A stretch of 33,250 nt of DNA from a virus (IMGVR_UViG_3300032237_000462:1-33250), one strand, 5' to 3'; positions 19,161 through 27,995 are shown, counted from the stretch's first letter. Numbers and translations are program-made. The notes: generated by a model from the letters alone, not told the origin.

Positions 19161-19837
19161 ACTACTATTATAGCAGGATCTATGTAATTAATCAACAGTT
19201 GGGCTATCTTTTTGTGTCCAGTTTCGTTGGGATGGCCACCCAATTTGGTATCAGTTATACAAGATTTTAAATACCAATCATTAAACACAGTTGGCAACTC
19301 AAATGAATAGTCTTCTGGAAAAACGTGAAATTGTATGGTCAATATATTGCGCCTGGCACTAACACCATCAAACAACAACACGGCTTCTCGATATCGTAGT
19401 CTATGCAGTTCTGGCGAATCAGTTAAGACTGTTTGCTGTTTAATTAAGTTTTCAAATTGATTATCTGGCCACGAACTATGTACAAATCGATTCCACTCTG
19501 GGTCGTCAAGGCATCGAACATGTTTGGGATTGTAGTGACTAAACCGATAACTATTAGTTATGCCATGTAATACCAAACATTCCTCAGGATTAGGTTCGTG
19601 CTCTAACCAATATAAAAATGTCCACTTAGCACTATCCAAACTACCGCCCATGATACCAAAGTTTTCTGTAGGTACCGAATAATATTGGCCAAGTTGGCCT
19701 AGGAAACAATTACTTTCTCGGTAGGCTCGATGTTGTAGGCCAACTTTGTGTATATTTGTAGCAGTGATATTAGGTTCTGAGAGTTCATCGCCATACATCC
19801 ACGAATCGCCAAACCCTACAATTTTTTTGAACATCAC
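19157..19837 (-). CDS. SGNH/GDSL hydrolase-like protein
   Basis: VGFGDSWMYG, NFGIMGGS, GGHPNETGHKKIA. Confidence 0.7.
   Translation of the reverse strand: MMFKKIVGFGDSWMYGDELSEPNITATNIHKVGLQHRAYRESNCFLGQLGQYYSVPTENFGIMGGSLDSAKWTFLYWLEHEPNPEECLVLHGITNSYRFSHYNPKHVRCLDDPEWNRFVHSSWPDNQFENLIKQQTVLTDSPELHRLRYREAVLLFDGVSARRNILTIQFHVFPEDYSFELPTVFNDWYLKSCITDTKLGGHPNETGHKKIAQLLINYIDPAIIVV
19167..19195 (-). promoter_or_regulatory. Sigma70 promoter TTGATT-N17-TATAAT with TG extension, 6 nt before the primase ATG
   Basis: Read directly; lies inside the 3' end of the upstream gene; no Shine-Dalgarno. Confidence 0.75.
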
Positions 19838-19844
19838 GTATGTA

Positions 19845-21002
19845 TCAACGATACATTAAGTTTACTACAAATCCTGTAGAGATAACAACGATTGCGCCCT
19901 GCTGACTAGCCGGAACCGGACTTGGGCTTGCTCCAGGATTTGGAACAGCCGGCAATGGCCAATATCCTGATCCACCATTGGTTACATTAATTCCATAAAC
20001 TACACCTTGTTCGTCAATCAATGCTTCGGCTGTAGCGCCTGCGCCGTCTCCGACAATGTCTACACGGGGAGGAGCTAAGTATCCACGTCCACCATTCAAA
20101 ACTTCAATGTTGGTTACAACGCCATCTACACAATAGGCCACAGCAATCGCGGGGTAACCGGGTTGGTTGGGACTAGCAAACACTGAATTATTAAATGCTA
20201 AACGCAGCAAGGGATACCATCCAAGAACATTTAAGTGGAATGTTCCAGTTTCGTTTAAGTGTGTAGTCGATTCTGTTACATTGTACCAAAGACTTTGATA
20301 GTTTTCGGCCCACTGAGCTTTGATTGTTCCAGTATATTGTATTAAATCGTACTGGATTGTAGTAACTGGTCCACGTGGTGCAATAAAGCTCGAAAAATAT
20401 TCTGTGTTATTGTAACTGTTCCAGTAACTTCCGCCATTGGGATTGCCTTGCCAGTAAACACCACCCGGGTATTGTCCATAACTTGTGCCACCATATTGTA
20501 ACTGATTTGATAATTCTAGTGTAGGAATAGTAAGTTCGCTACTAGGAACAAATGTTGGCAACGCACTATTAACAACATCCACAGGAGCACGGGCTCCAGC
20601 TTGGGCATTAGTAAACACAGCTTCGGTTAGGCCGCCATATGGTTGTGTACGCACCAGGCTGTAGTTGGCCGGTTGTGCTTGTAATTCTAGCAATTGTTCC
20701 GCTGATAGTGTTACTTTGGCGCGGCCTGTTGGGCCGTTAAGTATGACCAATGGTTCGTCAATTAACAGCTTGATTCCTTGTTGATCAATCAGCCTGAAAA
20801 CAAAACTGCTTCCAGTAATGTTGACGGGTTTTTCCTCTTGATTCACAAACTCAAAGAGGATCACGTTGTCAACGCCTTTATTAATTGTTAGTCGTTTTGC
20901 GTACACAGGATCATACCTATAGATAAAAGTTTCGCCCCCGCTTGTATCCATCATCAATACGCGAGTCATTTGTTGGAAGATATAAACTTGGGTTGAATAC
21001 AT
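19845..21002 (-). CDS. Probable baseplate/tail structural protein
   Basis: BppU-like N-terminus (EFVNQEEKPVNITG), repeated I.V.NGG.GY motifs; TAAATA (21009-21014) 6 nt before the ATG. Confidence 0.6.
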   Translation of the reverse strand: MYSTQVYIFQQMTRVLMMDTSGGETFIYRYDPVYAKRLTINKGVDNVILFEFVNQEEKPVNITGSSFVFRLIDQQGIKLLIDEPLVILNGPTGRAKVTLSAEQLLELQAQPANYSLVRTQPYGGLTEAVFTNAQAGARAPVDVVNSALPTFVPSSELTIPTLELSNQLQYGGTSYGQYPGGVYWQGNPNGGSYWNSYNNTEYFSSFIAPRGPVTTIQYDLIQYTGTIKAQWAENYQSLWYNVTESTTHLNETGTFHLNVLGWYPLLRLAFNNSVFASPNQPGYPAIAVAYCVDGVVTNIEVLNGGRGYLAPPRVDIVGDGAGATAEALIDEQGVVYGINVTNGGSGYWPLPAVPNPGASPSPVPASQQGAIVVISTGFVVNLMYR

Positions 21003-21043
21003 ACATTATATTTAGCGTTTACTCAACCACTGACCAATTTGGT

Positions 21044-21051
21044 TATAAATA
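21044..21051 (+). promoter_or_regulatory. TATAAATA late promoter (exact T4 late consensus)
   Basis: 11 nt before ATG 21063; divergent from the TAAATA at 21009-21014. Confidence 0.65.
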
Positions 21052-21062
21052 TCTCTGACACT

Positions 21063-21440
21063 ATGAGCAATGATCTCTTCGCTAAACTAGCAGAAAAATA
21101 CCCGTTTATAACGCTTTGTGTCTACGCCACTCAAGAATATGTAGGTATTGTGCAAAATCAAGATGATATTATTACTACTATTTACGACTTTGGTGGCATA
21201 CAAGACATAGAGAATAAAAAGAAGTTTTTAGAATTGGCTAATATTTGGTGGTGGGAAAGCAATCGTAGTATTCCTATTAACATATTCCTTAAAAGCGAAT
21301 GGGATCCATTTAAGGTATATTTGCGTACTTTTGTCAACAAAGATCTAGTAGTACTGCACGGGCCTGTGTGTAGCCTAAGCGAAATGAGCCGAAAAAAATC
21401 TAAACGTAAATCGATTACTTTAGTCAGACGAATTGAGTAA
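21063..21440 (+). CDS. Hypothetical protein
   Basis: 125-aa ORF containing WWWESNRSIPINIF and a basic C-terminus; start set at ATG 21063. Confidence 0.75.
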   Translation: MSNDLFAKLAEKYPFITLCVYATQEYVGIVQNQDDIITTIYDFGGIQDIENKKKFLELANIWWWESNRSIPINIFLKSEWDPFKVYLRTFVNKDLVVLHGPVCSLSEMSRKKSKRKSITLVRRIE

Positions 21441-21989
21441 ATTCATGTGCAAAGCAACTAGTGCCGCATAACTGATACTGTGACTGTGTTTAAAGATAAA
21501 TCCCTTACTATTGTCACCGTCCCAAACTGAATCAAAAACTTCTGCCCACGGCTTGTTTTGTAAATGTGCTTTACCTGGACGAATAATAGCAATAAAAGCT
21601 GCCATTCTCGGAATACTGTCTGGTTTCATTGTTTTAAGTAACTCTGTATAGTTACCCACGTGAACCAACTGTTTAGCCCAGTCTGGGTTAGTCCACAAGC
21701 GTTCCCAGTTGGGTTCTTTCTTAAACATTTCTTCATAGTGTTCAGGACTCTTAATCAACTGATACACACTCATATTTAGAAGGTCAATTTTAAAATAGCC
21801 ACGCTGTTCTGCTGTTTCGTAATCTATTGCAGCACACTCATTGACAGGATCATACGGAATGTCTGTAACATACACCCCCGAGTTATGACGGCGTACTTGT
21901 CCGTGTGTAAGTTGTCGTGCAGGCACAGCATCAATTAAGTTGAGTAATATATTTCTATCTGCTAAGTCTAAGTCGATGTCTGCGCTCAT
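21420..21989 (-). CDS. Minimal DnaE-like (family C polymerase alpha) palm/fingers protein
   Basis: ADIDLD, HNSGVYV, YFKIDLL, KPDSI...IAIIRPG, FKHSHSISYA, colinear with DnaE PDFDVD, HAGGVVI, KFDFL, RPGP, FNKSHS..YA. Confidence 0.8.
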   Translation of the reverse strand: MSADIDLDLADRNILLNLIDAVPARQLTHGQVRRHNSGVYVTDIPYDPVNECAAIDYETAEQRGYFKIDLLNMSVYQLIKSPEHYEEMFKKEPNWERLWTNPDWAKQLVHVGNYTELLKTMKPDSIPRMAAFIAIIRPGKAHLQNKPWAEVFDSVWDGDNSKGFIFKHSHSISYAALVALHMNLLNSSD

Positions 21990-22354
21990 TGATATTTTTC
22001 TAAATATTTTAAAGCATTTAATAAACGCTCTGGAATGTCATTAAAATTTCCTAACCCTAAATTACACTTATGACATATCCAATCTCGAAATTTTCCAGTA
22101 CTATGGTCGTGATCGGCACACCATCCTTTTTGTTTGAGGCTATGCCCTTGTATTTCTTGTTTGTTTCTATTACAGATAGGACAACGATGATCTTCTGCAG
22201 CCGGTGGATTATTCTTTTTAAGATCTCTCACTAGTTTAGCTTGTTTTTTTGCACAAGGCTTACACTCGTATCTTAGATATTTTGCACCGCCATCTGTTCC
22301 AAACATAGCAAGAGGCAGATTAACTAAACAAATACCACAAGTTTTAGTTGTCAT
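21986..22354 (-). CDS. Recombination endonuclease VII-family nuclease, possibly a free-standing homing endonuclease
   Basis: CPIC...DHDHSTGKFRDWICHKCNLGLGNFND, plus an N-terminal CxxC...CxxC. Confidence 0.85.
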   Translation of the reverse strand: MTTKTCGICLVNLPLAMFGTDGGAKYLRYECKPCAKKQAKLVRDLKKNNPPAAEDHRCPICNRNKQEIQGHSLKQKGWCADHDHSTGKFRDWICHKCNLGLGNFNDIPERLLNALKYLEKYQ

Positions 22355-23028
22355 TACCAGCCTGCCTTTTGTAAAATATCTTTGGCGTATTCTTGGTCTG
22401 CTGGATAGTCCTTAAACTTACGCATCCAAAAATCTGCATCAATATAAGGCCATATCATAGCAATTTGTGTTTGGTCAAGTTCACTTAAAAACTTTTGACC
22501 TGCTTCGCAATTATAAATGACCCACGGACTAATGCGCCCTGTGCTTACTGCATAGGCCATTGCATTACTATTACCGTATCGTAAACAATCTTCTGCCGGA
22601 TGTCCAGACTTTTCAGACCAATCAATTCCAAACTCCATTGCCCTAGCTAATGCATCATTGACGTTTTCTACTTTTAAGTAATCTTGTAGGTATTCCGTGT
22701 ATATACTATCTTTGGCCCAATGATCTAGTTTCTTGTTTTGTTTTAAAACCCATTCAGTAAAGCGACTCGGGTTGATGGCTCGGATGTTTACACAATAGCG
22801 ACCAAACTTAACAAAGGCCTTGTAGTAAGGACTATCGGCAAAGTCATCAAATGTCTTTAGCTTGGCACTGCCTTGTGTAAGTTCATAAAACTTAATGTAG
22901 GATTGGAATCCTAGACGCACACCTGCCTCATCTTTTTCCTGTCTACGTCTGCGTGGCTCGCAAGAATGCACGGCAAGACTTGCTTCTTTAATAAAGTCTT
23001 TCTTACAGTACTGGCAGGTGTACTTCAT
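22354..23028 (-). CDS. Hypothetical protein with N-terminal zinc finger
   Basis: YTCQYCKKDFIKEASLAVHSC (C2HC/C2H2-like). Confidence 0.75.
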   Translation of the reverse strand: MKYTCQYCKKDFIKEASLAVHSCEPRRRRQEKDEAGVRLGFQSYIKFYELTQGSAKLKTFDDFADSPYYKAFVKFGRYCVNIRAINPSRFTEWVLKQNKKLDHWAKDSIYTEYLQDYLKVENVNDALARAMEFGIDWSEKSGHPAEDCLRYGNSNAMAYAVSTGRISPWVIYNCEAGQKFLSELDQTQIAMIWPYIDADFWMRKFKDYPADQEYAKDILQKAGW

Positions 23029-23246
23029 TCTTCTTGGGGTATAATAAAATGTCTTTTTAGATTGTTTTTTTCAATATATAGACGAATGTCTGTACGAACC
23101 ATTACTGTTCCAAATACAGGTGCCAGCATTGCTAACTCGTAAGTAGTAATATCTGTTTGTGGTGCATACTGCCACTTACCAAAAGAGATTGTTTTAAACT
23201 CTGGAACTTTTGCTTCTTCTTTATCTTTAAATAACGACCAAATCAT
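23025..23246 (-). CDS. Hypothetical protein
   Basis: 73-aa ORF with ATGA overlaps on both sides. Confidence 0.65.
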   Translation of the reverse strand: MIWSLFKDKEEAKVPEFKTISFGKWQYAPQTDITTYELAMLAPVFGTVMVRTDIRLYIEKNNLKRHFIIPQEE

Positions 23247-23689
23247 TTTTTTATTTCCTGTCCTGCTAGTTTTAAATATACATCAATGTCTTTTTTGGTA
23301 TTGAGTTTAGACATAAGCTCAATCTCATCATCCTTCATATTAGGGTATAATTCCATTAACTGCTTTTTAATACCGCTGGCGCCGGGTTCTTTTTTCTTAG
23401 GAGCAATCCAATTATGTCTAAATGTGCCCATGCCTGGACTAACAGTTGTAGCGCACAACCATTGCAACTTAGGATGACGATTTATAGAAAAGAAATGTTT
23501 GTTTAGGCGTTCGTTGCAACTAATTAAGTAAAACTCTTGTAAATCTTTGCTGCCAGTTACACTGGATCCATAACGAATCATAAGAAAGTTACTGAACTTT
23601 TTCTTTTCATCAACTGTGAGATTGTCATAGAACTCGCGATCCTTGCAATCAAACACAACCATTTCGTTACTAATGCTTAGTTTATCCAC
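23243..23689 (-). CDS. Clamp-loader small subunit-like protein (T4 gp62-like)
   Basis: FSNFLMIRYGS...CNERLN...LQWL...HNWIAPKK pattern, size and replication context. Confidence 0.55.
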   Translation of the reverse strand: MDKLSISNEMVVFDCKDREFYDNLTVDEKKKFSNFLMIRYGSSVTGSKDLQEFYLISCNERLNKHFFSINRHPKLQWLCATTVSPGMGTFRHNWIAPKKKEPGASGIKKQLMELYPNMKDDEIELMSKLNTKKDIDVYLKLAGQEIKK

Positions 23690-23900
23690 GATTTTTTAAT
23701 ACTGATATGATGTCACTAATTTCGCCTTTGAGGCGTCCAATATCTCGCCTAAGTCGAAAAATTTCTTGTTGTTGAATTCCAACTGTGTCTTGTAGTTGCT
23801 TAACTATGCTTTCAACTGATTGAATATGTTTTGTTTCAGATGATGCAGTGATTGGTTTTGTTGGAGTATCTATAACTTCTTCTGACTTGTATTGTTCCAT
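23682..23900 (-). CDS. Small coiled-coil hypothetical protein
   Basis: Heptad repeat; TAATG coupling supports ATG 23900. Confidence 0.65.
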   Translation of the reverse strand: MEQYKSEEVIDTPTKPITASSETKHIQSVESIVKQLQDTVGIQQQEIFRLRRDIGRLKGEISDIISVLKNRG

Positions 23901-24400
23901 TACCATGCCTTATTGTAATCTATTACTTCACAGTTGCGACTAATATCTTTAACAAAGTATACGCAATCTGGTTTAGGTTCATTGCCCAATGGCACACATA
24001 GCATTTGGCCATTTTTTAACTTAGGAGCATACCAAGCAACTTCTTGATACACATCAATAATTTCAATGTCAAGAAAGCTGGGTCTAAAACTACTTAACGG
24101 ATTAAACTGAAATGCTTTGAATCCTCGGTCGTTAATACTTGTAAGTGGTAGTACTTCTAAGTCGCCCAAATCAGGTTCGCCAATTAAGATTTGCCAATCT
24201 ACCGGCATGCGAATCCTGTGTTCACCGATGCGTAGAACTAATGCCGGCGCATTAAAACTTTCTAAAAAGATCAACGGAATGTAGTGATAGTCTGGGTCTT
24301 GAGGATTACTGTTATCCAAGATAGCAAAACGCATATCATCTACTTCTTCCGGAAGATGATCTAAGTCAAATGGTGCATTGTCTAGCGTTAATATTCTCAT
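23900..24400 (-). CDS. Hypothetical beta-rich protein, possibly a degenerate Hint domain
   Basis: 166-aa ORF; spacing resembles Hint blocks B and F (see findings). Confidence 0.7.
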   Translation of the reverse strand: MRILTLDNAPFDLDHLPEEVDDMRFAILDNSNPQDPDYHYIPLIFLESFNAPALVLRIGEHRIRMPVDWQILIGEPDLGDLEVLPLTSINDRGFKAFQFNPLSSFRPSFLDIEIIDVYQEVAWYAPKLKNGQMLCVPLGNEPKPDCVYFVKDISRNCEVIDYNKAW

Positions 24401-24406
24401 AGTATT

Positions 24407-24435
24407 ATAATATAGGTTTTATAGCCAAATGTCAA
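24407..24435 (-). promoter_or_regulatory. Sigma70 promoter TTGACA-N17-TATTAT, 6 nt before the ATG
   Basis: Read directly in the 37-bp intergenic gap. Confidence 0.75.
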
Positions 24436-24437
24436 GA

Positions 24438-25907
24438 CTATTTTATCTTCATCCACTCTAATTTTTCTTGGGTAAACGGATAGTTGGCTTCGCGATAAAA
24501 AACTTTACGCTTGGTCAAGTGTCGTTTAGCGAATTTGCAGGTAGATGTAATGTCCCAAATTTGGACGAAGTCTTTATCTTCTGCTTTGCGGATTCCACGA
24601 CCGATTGATTGGATAACCCGAACAAAAGATTTACCAGGCTCCAAAAGAACCAAATTAAAAATCCTAGGAATATTAATACCAACAGCAGCAATACCGTAGG
24701 TAGCAATAATAATCTTCCCAGTGCTAGTTGCCACTTCGTCATATTCGTCCTGTCTTGTTTTACCCTTGGTTGAGCCACTTACAAACACAGCATTATCGCC
24801 AAGGCGTTCTACCAATGCTTGCCCGGCGGCAATACGATCTACAAGCACCAGGGTGTTGCCTGTAAGATTAACTTGGTTAACTAGTTCAGCGATTGTATCT
24901 AGTCGACCTTTTTCTTCTAACAAGTACTTTAATTCACTTTGGTAATCTTTGTATTCTACATGATCTACTAACTGCACAATGTTCACGTGACATTGTGCCA
25001 ACACACCACGATCCTGTAATTCACTAGCACTAAGATGACTAATGACTGGACCGAGACTACATAACAATGCCTTGAATTCATACTGCTCTTTAGGTATGGT
25101 TCCGGTCAATCCCCAACGAATAGGCACACGGGCCATTACACTAGTAAGCAAAGTCTTGAGCGCATCTGCTTTGGCCATGTGTACTTCGTCAACAATAACG
25201 CAAACAACATCTTCTAAAAAATCCGTGATTGTAAATTCGCCTGCGCCCGCTTTGGTATTTTTTAACAAGACATTCAAACTTTGCCATGTACAGATAGTAT
25301 GTGTCTTGCCAAAGTCCTTTCGGTCTCCAAAGAATACACCCACATCAAGACCCATGTTGATGTAGTCGGCTTCTGTTTGAGTTACTAAACTTTTGTTTGG
25401 CACAATAACAATACTGCGACCATATTGTTCTACGCTGTGACTTAATGATGCTGTCATGATTGTTTTGCCTGCGCCCGTTGCTACTTCTTGCAAGCATTGT
25501 GGATTCTCAAGGAAGTTGTTAACAATCTCAACTTGATAATCGCGTAACATAATAGGTTGGCCAGCCAAAGGATGTGTCTTGGGCCATACTTTATTACTAA
25601 ATGTGTCTTCTGCTACCTTGTTAAACTGAAATGTAGTTGTATAATCTCTTTGATCATCTAGCTCAATGTCATAGTTATAGCTTTCTAAAATAGGAATAAT
25701 TTCCGGCAGTAAGTTTGTATAAGTGCTGCCGCCTAACTGAAAGTATGCTATCTTACCATCCCAACGTCCAAGTCTGACCGCGGGTTGATAGCGGGCACCC
25801 GGTATTTCATATTTAAATGTGCTTACTAATTTTTTTCTAGCATCAAGTTCAAGTCCTTCGATCTTAATGTTCACTTCATCTCGAAGTATGATTGTAGCTG
25901 TTCTCAT
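24438..25907 (-). CDS. uvsW: Superfamily 2 DNA helicase (UvsW-like)
   Basis: LRDYQ, ATGAGKT, VDEVH, GLTGT, AVGINIP, QSIGRGIR; WDGKI N-terminal motif. Confidence 0.9.
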   Translation of the reverse strand: MRTATIILRDEVNIKIEGLELDARKKLVSTFKYEIPGARYQPAVRLGRWDGKIAYFQLGGSTYTNLLPEIIPILESYNYDIELDDQRDYTTTFQFNKVAEDTFSNKVWPKTHPLAGQPIMLRDYQVEIVNNFLENPQCLQEVATGAGKTIMTASLSHSVEQYGRSIVIVPNKSLVTQTEADYINMGLDVGVFFGDRKDFGKTHTICTWQSLNVLLKNTKAGAGEFTITDFLEDVVCVIVDEVHMAKADALKTLLTSVMARVPIRWGLTGTIPKEQYEFKALLCSLGPVISHLSASELQDRGVLAQCHVNIVQLVDHVEYKDYQSELKYLLEEKGRLDTIAELVNQVNLTGNTLVLVDRIAAGQALVERLGDNAVFVSGSTKGKTRQDEYDEVATSTGKIIIATYGIAAVGINIPRIFNLVLLEPGKSFVRVIQSIGRGIRKAEDKDFVQIWDITSTCKFAKRHLTKRKVFYREANYPFTQEKLEWMKIK

Positions 25908-26728
25908 AGAGCCAATCTTTGTGGATAATCTAATTTAGTAAAGCAATCAACAAGTGTAGGTAACTGGTCTACATACCCTATTGGGATCCCGGCAAACATT
26001 TCCTGCGGTTGCCAGTCCGGCACGTTCCAGTGCTGACACCAACCATCGCGTACCGGCGCAAACCATTTATTAAATTCTGTTTGATCAAACGTAGTATAAT
26101 TGTTGTTGTTTTGAAACGCAATGCTTAAAATTGGTTTAAGAAATAACCAAGGTTTACTTTGTTCACAAACGGCTTTGATATTCAATGGTTCTTTGTGTTT
26201 CCAATAAAGCATTGGGCTTTTTCCCAATTCGTGTTCTCTTAAAAAACACATTCCGGCAGTAATATCAGGGGTTGCATATTTTAAATAACGTCGGTCAAAT
26301 GGCTTAATTAATAGTCCGGCCTTTTCCTCATAATCAAACCAAATACTATTTCTTACAAGACCAGTTCCAATAAAATCTTCAAGCAAATGAATGCAGTCGT
26401 GTATTGTTAACCACTGTATGTCAAATTTTAATTTTTTTGCATTACTAAAATAGACTGCATGCAATTCATTAAGATACTCTTGGTTAGATAACTGAGTAAT
26501 ATCAATTTCAAGACCAACCTTGGCAACTTCTGCCATTAGTTTTGTCATTACAGATTCATATGAAGTTTGTTTGGCCTGCAACGGGTTTTTTCTAGCATTA
26601 AACTCTAAATCAACATGCTGTAAATATTTAATACAATTATAATAATAATCTGCAACAGGATTATTTTCTAACCAAATATCAATGGTTCTTCCGTCTTGCC
26701 AAATAATGTAAATTTTTCTTTGGGTCAT
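25904..26728 (-). CDS. Hypothetical protein
   Basis: 274-aa AT-rich ORF with ATGA coupling to the helicase. Confidence 0.75.
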   Translation of the reverse strand: MTQRKIYIIWQDGRTIDIWLENNPVADYYYNCIKYLQHVDLEFNARKNPLQAKQTSYESVMTKLMAEVAKVGLEIDITQLSNQEYLNELHAVYFSNAKKLKFDIQWLTIHDCIHLLEDFIGTGLVRNSIWFDYEEKAGLLIKPFDRRYLKYATPDITAGMCFLREHELGKSPMLYWKHKEPLNIKAVCEQSKPWLFLKPILSIAFQNNNNYTTFDQTEFNKWFAPVRDGWCQHWNVPDWQPQEMFAGIPIGYVDQLPTLVDCFTKLDYPQRLAL

Positions 26729-26735
26729 TTTGTAT

Positions 26736-26764
26736 ATTGTACACTATTTAAGTACAAAGATCAA
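26736..26764 (-). promoter_or_regulatory. Sigma70 promoter TTGATC-N17-TACAAT with a TAAATA nested in the spacer
   Basis: 7 nt before ATG 26728; tattta at 26745-26750. Confidence 0.7.
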
Positions 26765-26793
26765 AAAAACCGGTACCTTTTTAGGGGTACCGG
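26763..26793 (-). terminator. Intrinsic terminator
   Basis: CCGGTACC/GGTACCGG 8-bp stem followed by T7 on the minus strand. Confidence 0.9.
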
Positions 26794-26800
26794 ATAAAAT

Positions 26801-26857
26801 GGGTTGTTAAAGAACAACCCAGGAGCTACCATCATACTTAGTCTGAGCAACCAAGTA
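26801..26857 (-). other. Structured 3' UTR: two hairpins flanking an anti-SD sequence
   Basis: UACUUGGU/ACUAAGUA stem (26835-26857), GGUAGCUCCU (26821-26830), GGGUUGUU-cuuu-AACAACCC stem (26801-26820). Confidence 0.6.
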
Positions 26858-27934
26858 CTATGAATTTTTCATACAAGTGCTACGAGCAAGTGCTTTCCAA
26901 TTCATGCCTGACACTTTGGTCAAATCCGCTAGTTTAAGTGCCATACGCAGGCTCATCTCACGCAAACGATCTTTATTTTCGTCCATAAATGCCAAAATTT
27001 CGTCACCTTGTTCTGGTGTAAAATCGTAGTCATTGAACAACTGACCTTGACTAAAGATCTGTTTAATACGCAAGTACTTGTCACGCATGGTGTTGAGAGT
27101 TAAGTCCAAAAAGTGACAGCGTGACTGTAGTGCTTCCAAGTGATCTTTCATCTTTTTGCTTTGGATATTTTCAAATTTCAAGTTAGTAATAAAAATTGCA
27201 CCGCCTTTAAAATCAAACACATCCGGAACGCCTTCACGACGCAACATACTACTATCACTGTTCCAACAAATTTTACGCTTTTTACCACTATCCAATGCAG
27301 CTTTAAGAATATTTAAAGATAAGTCGTCCTGGAATACCGAGTCACAGTCATCAAACACTAGAACGTTGTTGGCGTCACTGTGCTGATAAAGTGTAGTGTA
27401 TAGGCCGATGGGAGTCATGGCACCCTTGACCACATCGTACTTGATCTTACGACCACTTAACTTGTCAAACAAGCCCGACTTCTCAAGTTCAAATTCTACA
27501 CCATAACTCTTACCTACACCAGGAGGGCCAACTACAATCATAGCACGGACATCTCCGGCGATAACTGCACGGGTCATTTGATGCAAGATTTCAAAACGCT
27601 CGCCAATCCGCTCCATTACTTGTTCGTCTGACTCTACCATTGTACCGGTTGCTTTTATTTCAAAATCAGCAGGTGCCTCGGCATCACGATTAATTATGTC
27701 TGTGTTAAATGCAATCACCGGAGTAGGCCTTGCACCCGAGGCAATCTCGATATCTGCAATTGACTCTACCGTGATGCGGACATTTTCTGGAACATTGTCA
27801 CCAAAAAATCCACCACTTTTTACAGTGACAAAGTTGCCTTTGGCGCCTGTTTGAAAATCTTTCACAAGTGTAAACATCATGTCATTGACACGAGTTCCAC
27901 GATACATACCATTACGAATTTTTACTGTAGTCAA
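26858..27934 (-). CDS. AAA+/P-loop ATPase
   Basis: GPPGVGKS, LVFDDCD, IFITN, ALQSRC; TTG start with AGGAG RBS. Confidence 0.88.
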   Translation of the reverse strand: MTTVKIRNGMYRGTRVNDMMFTLVKDFQTGAKGNFVTVKSGGFFGDNVPENVRITVESIADIEIASGARPTPVIAFNTDIINRDAEAPADFEIKATGTMVESDEQVMERIGERFEILHQMTRAVIAGDVRAMIVVGPPGVGKSYGVEFELEKSGLFDKLSGRKIKYDVVKGAMTPIGLYTTLYQHSDANNVLVFDDCDSVFQDDLSLNILKAALDSGKKRKICWNSDSSMLRREGVPDVFDFKGGAIFITNLKFENIQSKKMKDHLEALQSRCHFLDLTLNTMRDKYLRIKQIFSQGQLFNDYDFTPEQGDEILAFMDENKDRLREMSLRMALKLADLTKVSGMNWKALARSTCMKNS

Positions 27935-27966
27935 GGTTAGCTCCTTTTTCTATTGTTGATAATACT

Positions 27967-27995
27967 ATTATACGTTTAATCGAATTTCTTGTCAA
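27967..27995 (-). promoter_or_regulatory. Perfect sigma70 promoter TTGACA-N17-TATAAT
   Basis: Exact consensus upstream of the ATPase gene. Confidence 0.9.

Noticed and set aside
15745-25907. Inteins or introns in the helicases and primase
   Set aside because: Lengths are normal and motifs contiguous; nrdA is also uninterrupted.
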